Below, one piece after another: positions 1 to 9,477 of a stretch of 20,000 bases of DNA. The position numbers were made by a program, and so were the translations under genes. The notes below the pieces were generated by a model, which saw only the letters and a list, made by a program, of their open reading frames with translations, did no database searches and was not told the origin of the DNA. The number at the start of each line of letters is the position of its first letter. Within the stretch, counting starts at the first letter, position 1. Source of the DNA: Vezdaea acicularis (Eukaryota). Where the stretch lies: the NCBI GenBank assembly GCA_026025075.1, contig JAPEUI010000093.1, positions 44,610 to 64,609 on the forward strand. The letters run 5' to 3'.

Positions 1-795
1 ATTGTATTGGCACCTAAGGTCGATAGGCCTAGACGACTCTGGCGGAGCAGGCTTGAATGCGAGAATTTTTGTATTAAGAGAGACACCACAAGCAGATGCT
101 AGGGACGACTCGTAGGCAAGTGCGTCTGGAGCAGGCTTCGTGTAGGTTGTGGCATCATTATCATCGTCTAAGCTTAGGCCATCAAGGGCTACCGAAACAT
201 CTGTACCACTGAGACCGCCAAGATCATATGCACTTGCTGCGTTCGCAAGAACTGTTGAACCCTCTCCGCAACTCGTCTTTGGTCGTTGGCTATCTAAAGC
301 AAGCTTGCCTGAGCCCACGCTTGTAATCGCATCGCTTGCAGATCGATTTGGAATAAACCGATCACCTGTCTTGTAGGAGATACGAATTGTTGACTTGGTA
401 GGCCTTGACCTTAAAGCTCCGTCCTTTTTCACCTTCTTGCTACTTGGTGTCGGGACATTTGACCCAGTGCCAGTAAGTGTCCAGTCTGAAACGCCGAGCT
501 CAAGGCGCATTGGCGTGTTCTGCCGAGCAATGTTTGACTTCGGTGAATCGCGGTGCGAATTTCTCGACGCGGACTTTGAAAATAGCGAGATATTGCCACC
601 ATAGCTCGATTGCCTTAGGTTTTCACTTATTTGACGAGGAGGTGTGAAGGGTGAAGAGTTGTTTGAAGCATTTGTGGCCAGGCTTGCTGTCCGTGTACGA
701 GGAGATGGTGTCAATGGCATCCGACCACCAGCTGTGCGAGTGGAAAACATGCCATGATGGCTTTTGAGAGGTGTTGATACTGAAGCGGTTGCCAT
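1..795 (-). CDS. cdc20: APC/C activator Cdc20/Slp1/Fizzy, N-terminal 265 codons (gene runs off the left edge)
   Basis: ATG at 795 opens a stop-free frame to base 1: MATASVSTPLKSHHGMF...GDRFIPNRSAS...NTKILAFKPAPPESSRPIDLRCQYN. The C-box DRFIPNR is at 363-343 and a KILR/Mad2-interaction-type motif KILAFKPAPP starts at 69. Several S/T-P sites. The WD40 domain should lie outside the window. Absent from the ORF track because there is no stop. Confidence 0.93.
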   Translation of the reverse strand, partial: MATASVSTPLKSHHGMFSTRTAGGRMPLTPSPRTRTASLATNASNNSSPFTPPRQISENLRQSSYGGNISLFSKSASRNSHRDSPKSNIARQNTPMRLELGVSDWTLTGTGSNVPTPSSKKVKKDGALRSRPTKSTIRISYKTGDRFIPNRSASDAITSVGSGKLALDSQRPKTSCGEGSTVLANAASAYDLGGLSGTDVSVALDGLSLDDDNDATTYTKPAPDALAYESSLASACGVSLNTKILAFKPAPPESSRPIDLRCQYN

Positions 796-1618
796 TTTGC
801 AGTATCTTGAAGATCGATTATCAAGTTAATGAATCGATTTTGATTTGCTGTATATCTACTAAGCCTTAGCTTTTGTAGAGTGTTAGTTATCGTTGTTCCG
901 ATTAAGAGGCCGGTTTATTGCTGTGAGCTCTCAAGAGTCTCAATTGAATGGATCCTGAGTAGTGGTTATTGGTTAGTATTTTGTTGATGTTACAAATAAG
1001 CCGGAAAGGGTTGATATAATCGGAGTTCCTATGCAGGGATTTTATTGCAATCGGTGGGTCGATAGATCTTGCTGTTGGTTCTAAGAACTTAGGCGAAGAT
1101 AAATCTGATGGATTGAATGAAGTCCTTACAAGAGGATGGGTATAGATGCAAATAAATGCAGAGGAATTTAGAGGTGGGGGGTATTGCGATTTTGTAGAAA
1201 GGTATGTGAGGAGGAAGAGGAAGAAGAGAGGGGATCGGAAGGCCCGTGGTTCTTCTTGTACCGAGTGTTCATAGTCTCAATGTGCGCCTGTTGGCCCAGC
1301 GACCGGCCAAATCTGGAAGCGCCCGTTGCTGACCAATCAGAACAAAGCACCTCGTGCGACTTGTGGATCCAATCGCGTTAGCCGAACAAGGGAAAATCTA
1401 GCCATCATCAATGTCATTTTAGGAATTCAAGGTTCATCATACATTCTGCTAGAATCGCCATGATCTTAACAAAGTTTCCTGGGTCATGAGTGCACTCGTT
1501 TGTATCGCACTGCAATCACTTCAATGCCCTGCGTCTCTTGCTTATTCTTGCATAACTCCACTCACTTCACCCAAACCACTTGACAGTTCCAATTCTGTTC
1601 ATGTAATGTGATTTAATC
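796..1618. promoter_or_regulatory. Divergent promoter and 5' leader region between cdc20 and ral2
   Basis: Head-to-head genes. A purine tract at about 1207-1234 reads as a CT-rich tract on the cdc20 strand, typical of fungal transcription-start regions. CCAAT boxes near 1333 and 1369, and a CGCG core (TCGCGTT) near 1373. Confidence 0.5.
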
Positions 1619-3903
1619 ATGGCTGGAACTCTCCCTTCAACGCCTTTAGGGCCCTCAAACTCTCTCTTTGCTCCAGGTTCTTCAATCCGTCACTCTCAGA
1701 GTAATACAGTCATTTCAGGCTCCTCTACATCCTTGAATCGGACTTTCCTGATGCCCAATAGCCCAAAGAAAGGCCGTCGAGCAAGTGGCAGCGATGGATA
1801 CAAGCCACAGATACTACGCACCGGCGGACAGAGGCCTGCCTGCTTGGTCAATGCTTCTCTCACTTATTGCGGAAATAATCATATATACGCCTTCGGTGGA
1901 TTTGACCAATACACTGACGAAGTATACAACCACGTCTTGAGGCTGGACCTGACGACACAGCAATGGAATCTAATCGACAATTATGGAGATATACCAGGTG
2001 TGCGCATGGGTAGGTACAATTCGGGATATATATGTCTGTCAATGTTAATGGTTCTAAAGGACATACCGCGACCTTATACCAAGGCGACAAGCTGCTTGTG
2101 TTTGGTGGGGAGAACGAGCATCGGAGCTACCTATCCGACGTAGTCATATTCGACCTCAATACTGCGCACTGGACTCAGCCAGCAGTCCATGGACCAATTC
2201 CTAAAGGTCGCGCCCGCCACGCCGCAGTTCTCCACGAAGACAAGCTTTTCATTGTTGGTGGACTCACTGGTAATAGTAATCATGTTCTAGATGACATATG
2301 TTATCTCGATCTCAAAACTTGGACGTGGTCTCGGGCATGGAGATTTGTTGGCCGCTTCGACCACGCAGCGTGGATTTGGGGAGGTCGCATGTGGGTGTTT
2401 GGTGGCTTAGGCGAAGACATGGATCGTGGCGGGGAGCTTTGGTGGCTCGACCTCAAAGGAAGCCCAGCTTTCGATAGCAATACGGGATCTATACCTTCTG
2501 GCCGCCAGTCCCCTTTGGAACGAATGAATCTACCCCATAGATTTGGACAACAACAATCGCAGCAGCTGCTCTCAACCGGTTCGACAGGCTACATGGCAAA
2601 TTCTAGCAGCGTTCAACAAAATCCAGTTTCTATTGGCCCCGTTCACCCGCCCGTTGCACCCGGGTCGATTTCGGCGCTGAAGTTTGTTTCCGGCGCCAAC
2701 TTTCCTCCACAATCTTCAGGCAAGCATTTCCACGCTTACTCTTCGGGCTCTCTATTAGATCTCGTCACTCCGGCTCAGACAATCCGGGCTTCGGAATGCA
2801 CGCTCTCTGCTCTAGATCTTGATTCACTTAGCTGGCAAAAGCTTGCAGATGGTCCTGAGATATTCAACATGGGCTACAGCTGGCACTATTGCGCGCTCAA
2901 CGATGATGGCACCAAAGCCTGGTTACTAGGGTGCGCCAATAGCCTCAACAATGATGGTGAGATGGAAGAATACCTCAGTGAAATTCTGCCTCTCGATCTT
3001 CGCAAATTCGGTCTCTTAGGCAATAACCTTACAAATGAGCCGCATTCCTCTGAACGCCTTCCAGCTTCGGACAGACACGCTACATCTCCCCTTTCAGCTA
3101 TTGGTGTCGACCTCGCCGCCACCTTCGACAAGCCTCCGGAGCAAAGTGGGACAGATTTCATCATTACTGCCAATTCAGACGACAATTTGGCCCTGGTAAC
3201 TGCAGTCGACGAGGATGAGGACTTCGAAAGCACAGCAGGCTTAGGAAATACTGAATGGCTCCATTCCTCTTCACATACATCCCCTCCAATTCATGTTCAC
3301 AAACTCATACTTACCGCTCGCTGGCCACATTTCTCCCGACTTTACACCTCGCAAATGGCTGAATTTCACACCAAGAAAATGCACATCCCTGAGGCGTACT
3401 CTATAGTCCGAGCTTTCTTATATTACCTCTATACCGATTCTATCGCACGTAACGATCATGATTCTTGTCCGTCACTTGCCGATGTTGCAGGAATGCTCGT
3501 CATGTCCAATCTGTATGATATGCCGCGACTTCGACTCCTGTGCGTGAACCGCCTTGGAAGAGAGCTAGATGTAGATAATGCCGCTGTGATTTGGGAGAAG
3601 GCTACAGTGGCGGACGAGGAATGGTTAAGGAGACGAGCAGCAAGCTTCTGTCTAACCCATTGGGGAAGAATAGTAAGAACAGTTGGGTTCAAGAGAATGA
3701 GCAGGAAGAGTATCGTGCACCTTTGTGAAGCGATTGATATCGAGGGTAGAGTGGTGGGTGGAGAAGAGCTTGAAGTCGTCGGTGGTCTTGGCGGTGGCCG
3801 GTTTGGAGTTGGAGGAAGTCAAGGGGAGAGCGAAAGGAGGAGAAGAGACGGTGTGGACGAAGACCCTGAAGATGGTGAGGATGAAGGTATGGAGATGGGA
3901 TAG
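1619..3903 (+). CDS. ral2: Kelch-repeat + C-terminal BTB/POZ protein, Ral2 (Mds3/Pmd1-related) family, 744 aa
   Basis: Exons 1619-2009 and 2060-3903, with a 50-nt intron GTAGGT...TTAAT...AAG that joins VRMG/HTATLY. Kelch blades: YAFGGF, LLVFGGE, LFIVGGL, MWVFGGL. BTB-like C-terminus: TDFIITA...IHVHKLILTARWPHF...AFLYYLYTD...RLRLLC. Confidence 0.85.
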
Positions 3904-4182
3904 GTCACACACCATTGGCGTACGAAGGAACTTGGGACGGCTGCCTTTTTTGCTGATGTTTGAGCATGAGACACGGGACATATGATTCTAATCGTTCAGG
4001 TTTGCAGGCGGAAAGACTCATTAATCGAGCATATAAAGCGGAGGAAAATGAGCTCATTTGGACCCTGATATTTTTACGAGCCAGATTCCTTAATAAATTC
4101 AATACTTTAAGGTGGCCCTGCGCCATCCAGAGTCTATTCTCATTGTATATATATCCGGCCCTTTCTACTCCTTATCAGCTGT

Positions 4183-5274
4183 CTACAAAGGCTTCGTTCC
4201 AATTCCGACATAGAACTGAACATCATCCTTCAGTGTGCTCCGCTTCCCCGTTCTCCTGGCAAATTCCTGCTCATAAAGTTTCATTGCCTCTTGATATAGC
4301 CTCCGGTCGTTCGCACACCTCAGGAAGGGGCCCAGGAGCGTATTGCTCATGATCTCGACTCCCTTGTCAAAGGTGATGCGACTTGACTGATACACCTGCG
4401 ATCTGAAGGCCCACGGCTCCAGCCCTGCACGTTGCATCACCCACACCAAGGAATCCTGCCGGTCCACCCAGAGGTTGTTCCAGATTATGGGGATCTCAAG
4501 GTTTTTCGCAGCCTGTGCCGCGACTCGGCCTGCGAGCTGTGATTCCTCCGTCGGAACGTCAAATATGATCTTCCCGCCGGGCTTAAGGAAGGTTGCCCAA
4601 TGCCGTAGTGTTGCGGCGGGATCATCCACGAAGGAAAAAGCGGACGCGCAAGTTATCACATCGAACTTTACCGGGAAGTTCAGGTCTGACATGTCCAAGA
4701 TGTCATGCTCGATGAACTCGATGTCGAGCATTTGCAGCGAAGCCTTGTTCCTGGCCACCTGAAGCATGGCCGCCGAGAAATCCACACCAATCACTGTGCC
4801 ACAGCACCCGACGGCTTGTTTGGCTAGGATGGTGAAGAGACCGGTACCACATGCGAGGTCGAGCACGTTCATTCTGGGCACAAGAGTGGCCCATCGTAGG
4901 TAGTCGAGCGCTTGGATTTTGTGCCAGGGGCTGGTGTCATATGATGGGGCGCGATCATCGTAGATACGCTGTATAGCAGTCGCTTTCGAGAGACAAGATT
5001 CGTCGTGGTAGTCCATTTCTGGATGGTTTCTTGGGTTCTCGGCGTTGGGCCGCGTATTGGTGCGACGGCGGCCGGGTATGCTGGGTATCCTGAAACGAGG
5101 AAGCCGGGGAAGCCGGGGAAGCCGAAGTCGGTTGCTATTGAACTCGTATTGCTGCCAGCCTGGGAATTGAGGGTGGCGGAGCGCATGATTTAGGTCGTTG
5201 AACTGAGCGGACGCGGGAGGGAAACGTTGAAGAATGAGGGGCAGGACAAGGAGGGGTAAGATGAGGATCTGCAT
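4183..5274 (-). CDS. Class I SAM-dependent methyltransferase (UbiE/Methyltransf_11/25-like fold) with an N-terminal signal-peptide-like and Arg/Pro-rich extension, 363 aa, intronless
   Basis: Motif I VLDLACGTG, post-I VIGVDFS, motif II KFDVITCASAF, motif III LKPGGKIIF. The first ATG is at 5274 (the track's 5298 start is TTG; in-frame TGA at 5319-5317). A second in-frame ATG at 5016 (MDYHD) sits just before the catalytic domain. The substrate cannot be inferred. Confidence 0.88.
   Translation of the reverse strand: MQILILPLLVLPLILQRFPPASAQFNDLNHALRHPQFPGWQQYEFNSNRLRLPRLPRLPRFRIPSIPGRRRTNTRPNAENPRNHPEMDYHDESCLSKATAIQRIYDDRAPSYDTSPWHKIQALDYLRWATLVPRMNVLDLACGTGLFTILAKQAVGCCGTVIGVDFSAAMLQVARNKASLQMLDIEFIEHDILDMSDLNFPVKFDVITCASAFSFVDDPAATLRHWATFLKPGGKIIFDVPTEESQLAGRVAAQAAKNLEIPIIWNNLWVDRQDSLVWVMQRAGLEPWAFRSQVYQSSRITFDKGVEIMSNTLLGPFLRCANDRRLYQEAMKLYEQEFARRTGKRSTLKDDVQFYVGIGTKPL
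5099..5124 (-). repeat. 9-nt tandem repeat (ggaagccgg, about 3 copies on +) encoding RLP-RLP-RLP in the methyltransferase extension
   Basis: ggaagccgg ggaagccgg ggaagccg read directly; it translates within RLRLPRLPRLPRFRIP. Confidence 0.9.
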
Positions 5275-5860
5275 TGCGGGCCGAGGCGCAAAGCCCAAAA
5301 TAATCCCAGTCGGCGATCAGCACCTTGAGCACCCCACCACCATGTCGTTCTCAGGATCCGTGAAAGAGTGGTAACGCAATAGTGGTGTTCGCTGAACTGC
5401 TGTTGGGGTCGTTGCTCTTAATACAATCCACAAAGCAATAATGCCGCAGATTTTCCAATGGCTCGGAAGCTTGAAAGGCGGGTTCATCTATGCGCTCGAG
5501 CAGGAATGGACTAAAGTGACAAGTTTTGGGTAGCAACTTAGGTGGCTTCTGGGGACTCGACGTTTTCTAACTAGTCACACGACGCTAGGGTTCACTGAGT
5601 GCCTGCTTCGGAATCGAAAGCCAGCAATCCTGCATGACGTATCTCATACCTTTCAATGCCATCTTGCAAGCCTCCGGGGCGCTTGCTCCAATTCTAAATT
5701 TGTATAACAGGTTGTTTCGGAAAAGCAACTGTTCGCTGTTAGTAAATTTCAGCGCTCGTCCATTTGATTCGACACGCTTCATACTAGGTATCTACGAGCA
5801 GGATGTAGGCTGGAGGCCATAATCAAAGCAAATTCGAGGACTGAGAGCATTGCCCGGCCC

Positions 5861-8405
5861 TCATTCACTCGTCTCTCCGCTCCCGCCACTTTCATCTGCC
5901 GAGGCGTATGGAGCATCCGCCATTTCTTCGTCACTCTGCTCCTTATCTTCTTGGCGCCTCTTGTCGGCCGCCTTCCTTCCGATCTCGATTAGCTTCGCCT
6001 TCTCTTCCCTCGCCCTCCGTTGCCCGGCTACAAATGCGCCCAATGGACTTTTTTCCCACTCCGTATCTTTCAAGAAGTCCTCGACGCCCGCACGGTCGTT
6101 TGGTGCGAAATCGACCTTAGCCCGCCTCTCCTCTATCCATCGGCTGTTGGTTTCAAGCTTTTGTATGAGAAGTGCAAGTGCCGAGTTCACCTTGTTATTT
6201 TTATTACCCGTAACTTTGTTAAAGGCATCCTTTAGCCACCGTTTTAACATCACGATGGCTGGTAACGCAAGCTCTGGGAAGGCAATACTTTTGGTCCATA
6301 GCACAAAGAATTCTGCCATTAACTCTACAACTTGCTCACCGACACCCTCTTGGTAGACTCGAGTGCGAAGGTAGGACTTTGGTGCTCGAATGGCGGTTGT
6401 AAAGTCCAGAGCCTTGATTGTACTCGCCTTGGGAGGCTTCCTCATTTCCACGGAGTTGAGAACCTCTAGCAAAGCGGGTACCAGGGGTATGTAGGTCCCT
6501 GTCGCGAGAGATAACCGCAGGAGAGATCTTATGAGTTGAAACCTGAGAGGGAAATACTGTGCTGAAGGTATCAGTCGAAGCGAGCCAAGCGTCAATTGGA
6601 CTGTAGGATAGATCAGAGGCCGTAACGCAGACTCCTTCCCATTCTGTGCTTCCTGAAACGACTCGCAATGAACGGAAAGTACCCTTGACCAGAAGTCTAA
6701 CGAGTGCACAAACTGCCAATTATACACGTCTTTGTAGGAATCCTGCTCAAATTAGCCTTGAGCTTGAATTCAGATTGTATGGATATACCTTGGCATTATT
6801 TGCGATACTTCCTCTCAAATGGACTGCCAGCTGTCGGATGAAAGAGAACCCGGTCGTATAGCCCACCGATGGATCGATCCCCCAAAGCTCCGCGGCAGAA
6901 TTCTTCATCAGATTCACTCCCTGAACTGTGTGGACAGTAGTATTACGGCTGCCCTTTACCAAGCCCTGGTATACAGTTTTCAATACTCCTTCTCTAATTC
7001 CGGCGTCTCCAATTATAACCAGTCGTCGAACGGCAAGGAAGGCATTGATACGAGTAGTCTCTATTCCGGATGGCTCAGACCATATGCCAACGACTATCTT
7101 CATGAAATTCTTGACGATCTTCTTAAACGAGAGCAGGTACGGAAGTATCGGGATGATAGATGATAGGGTAAGATTCAACGTCGCGGCATCCGAGAGGGTG
7201 GTGAGGAGGTGACATAGAGCAGTGGAGTGCGACTTGAGGAGAGGAACAAGGCTTCGATACTTTTTAGAGTCTGTTGGTACACGACTAGAAAGCATTAGTT
7301 CCCTTCATTGAAACTATAGGTAGGATAGCTTACATTTTCCCTCCAGTAGTTTCCTTAACTGGTAGATGGTTCTTAAGAACTTCCGGAACGTTCTGGAGGG
7401 TTGTAAGTAGTAATTCATGATAAACTAGTCATGTTAGCTGTGATATAAGCTCGGAAAACTTCATCACACACCTTCCGGACTCGAAATGGTATATTTATAC
7501 TCTTTATTGTCATCTTCATTGACATGGACCGCCGCTCTAAACGCGAGAACCACCTCACGCATGGAGCGGAGAGAATGCTGTTGAGCCATGGCAGCTGTCC
7601 ACTTTTTCACCATGGCTATAGAGACTTCAGCACTATCCCCCGTGACGCTATCGTCTTCCTGCTCAATGCTTTGCTCCGAATGCACATCCAAATCCACGGC
7701 CGATAGGGGTTCATGCCTTGCCTTTGCAAGCAAACGAGCTTGCCCTAGCTCTCCAACAGCCTCCCCTCTTTCCCTCTTCTTACGTATCTGACTCCGCGTT
7801 CCTGTTTCATCCTCCTCGCTGGTGCCATGTAGATCAACCCCTCTCCGGCCACCATCTTCGCCAAATTCGAGGAGCTCGCCGTCATTCTCCTTCAGAAACT
7901 TATAGAAATCTGGGTCTTTCTTCTTCAGGCCCTCAATTTGTTCCTTGTGCAAATTGAAGTCTGCTTCTTCATCAAAGCTCGACGCAGAATCGCTAGGTGG
8001 GATGTCAGCTTCGAGTGATTTGGCCGAATCAGAGTTGTTGCCGTCATCTACCGCTTCAGTGCGCTTTCTTTTGCCAGCAATCTTTGACACTACCGGTTTC
8101 GCCGCCTTCCTTTTGCTTTCATTACTTGGATTCTCTGGAACCTCAAACCCTCCTTGAAAAAACTCATCGACCGTCATCTCCTCGAATCCGTTCGAGGCCT
8201 TTTCTCCCCTATGCTGGGTCTTAGTACCTGTTCCTGCATCTTTGTACAGCTCTTCCTCGGTTCTGTCCTTGGCACTGCGAGCCTTCCGATTACTTGTGAT
8301 CTGGTTGCGCTGCTTGATCTTCTTGAACTGTTTGCGGCGCTCAATCGTGTCTTTCAGATTGTTCTTTTCGAACTTTCGAGTTGACTTCTTTGTAGTTTTC
8401 GCCAT
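5861..8405 (-). CDS. noc2: Nucleolar complex protein 2 (pre-60S biogenesis), 800 aa
   Basis: Exons 8405-7472, 7424-7334, 7284-6789, 6742-5861; GT-AG introns of 47, 49 and 46 nt; 2403 nt in frame. Noc2 motifs: KKSTRKFEKN, LKKKDPDFYKFLKEND, FSFIRQLAVHLR, VYNWQFVHSLDFWSRVLS, LRPLIYP, YFPLRFQLIRSL, SIAFPELALP. Confidence 0.95.
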
Positions 8406-8647
8406 TTTGAGGTCTTGTATATTGTTTCATGGGTCAACAGGCCTAAGAGAGCCTGGTTTTGGGGCCTGTCATACAAGACCGTGCATGAGGTAGGGTGTGG
8501 TTCGAAATGTTAGGAAATTTTATAAGTGCCATTGCGGAAGTGTTCCGCAGCAGAATTACGTAGCGGACTTCATCCACCAAGCCTCTGGCCCATAGGATTA
8601 AAGCTCCACGGCTTCGTATCATTACTATCTACGTTGAGGACTTGACT
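8406..8647. promoter_or_regulatory. Compact divergent (bidirectional) promoter region shared by noc2 and vps28
   Basis: Only 242 nt separate the two start codons. The region contains an AT-rich GAAATTTTATAA tract (about 8514-8525) and the inverted repeat TGCGGAA-gtg-TTCCGCA (8533-8549). Confidence 0.65.
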
Positions 8648-9440
8648 ATGCTCAACTCACGGCCTCAACCATATGCGCCTACACCCTACAGCTACAACCC
8701 TTCACTCACTGCCTCTATCCCGCTTGATGAAGAGTTGAAACTCTCAACCAATAACCAAGAACGTGAGGTTTACGACAATCTTGCCGAAATATATAGTGTA
8801 ATAGTCACTCTTGAAGCCCTCGAAAAAGCTTACATTAGGGATTCACTCAAAGAAAATGAGTATACAGAGGCTTGTGATAGACTTTTAAAGCAGTACAAAG
8901 CAATACTCGCAGACGAAAATGTTGCGCGACATTTCGGGGATCTAGAGACTTTTAAGAGGGACTGGGAGGTACGTTATTTGCATCCTTTACTCGAGAGTGT
9001 GCGATATTGCTCTGCGTGTGCGCTGACAGACCATTTTTACTTAGGTCGAGTGTCCTAGAGCTACTGAACGCTTACGGATCGGTCTTCCTGCCACTGTAGA
9101 ACGCGGTTCGTCGCAAGCCGCAGCGACTTCGAATGGAAGCCATGGCTCCGGTGTAACCAGTGCCGCGCTCTTCGATGCTGCTGAGACTTTCATCACATTT
9201 ATCGATGCTGTAAAACTAGAGTGGCTCGCAAAGGATACATTACACCCTTTATTGGGCGAAGTCATTAAATCTGTAAATAAAGTAACAGAGAAAGACTTTG
9301 AGGGGCGGGGTAAAATTGTTCAATGGCTGATCACCCTAAACGGAATGAAGGCTACGGAAGAGCTCAACAAAGAGCAAGCTAGAGAACTTATGTTCGACAT
9401 GACGGAGGCATACAATGGCTTCCGAGAGACAATGAAGTGA
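8648..9440 (+). CDS. vps28: ESCRT-I subunit Vps28, 238 aa
   Basis: Exons 8648-8968 and 9045-9440, with a 76-nt intron GTACGT...GCTGAC...TAG. Motifs: [85 protein letters not shown]. Confidence 0.96.
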
Positions 9441-9477
9441 GGTTTTAAATGATGCTCCAACGCTAATAGTATACATT

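Noticed and set aside
149..604. Plus-strand ORFs of 75 and 69 aa
   Set aside because: They are antisense shadows of the cdc20 coding frame and use non-ATG starts.
1168..1381. ORFs with poly-E (+) and poly-S (-) runs
   Set aside because: The runs come from the GA/CT promoter tract. Both ORFs are short, non-ATG and have no recognisable domain.
3960..4352. 130-aa plus-strand ORF between ral2 and the methyltransferase
   Set aside because: It spans the convergent 3' UTR region, overlaps the methyltransferase antisense, and has no protein-like motif.
5005..5193. Antisense ORF with a hydrophobic start and KPGKPGKP repeat
   Set aside because: It is the opposite-strand reading of the same 9-nt repeat and has a GTG start. 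The minus frame is continuous with the methyltransferase.
7369..7394. Adjacent palindromes GTTCTTAAGAAC, TTCCGGAA and GAACGTTC in noc2 exon 2
   Set aside because: They are short, lie in ordinary coding sequence, and are compatible with chance.
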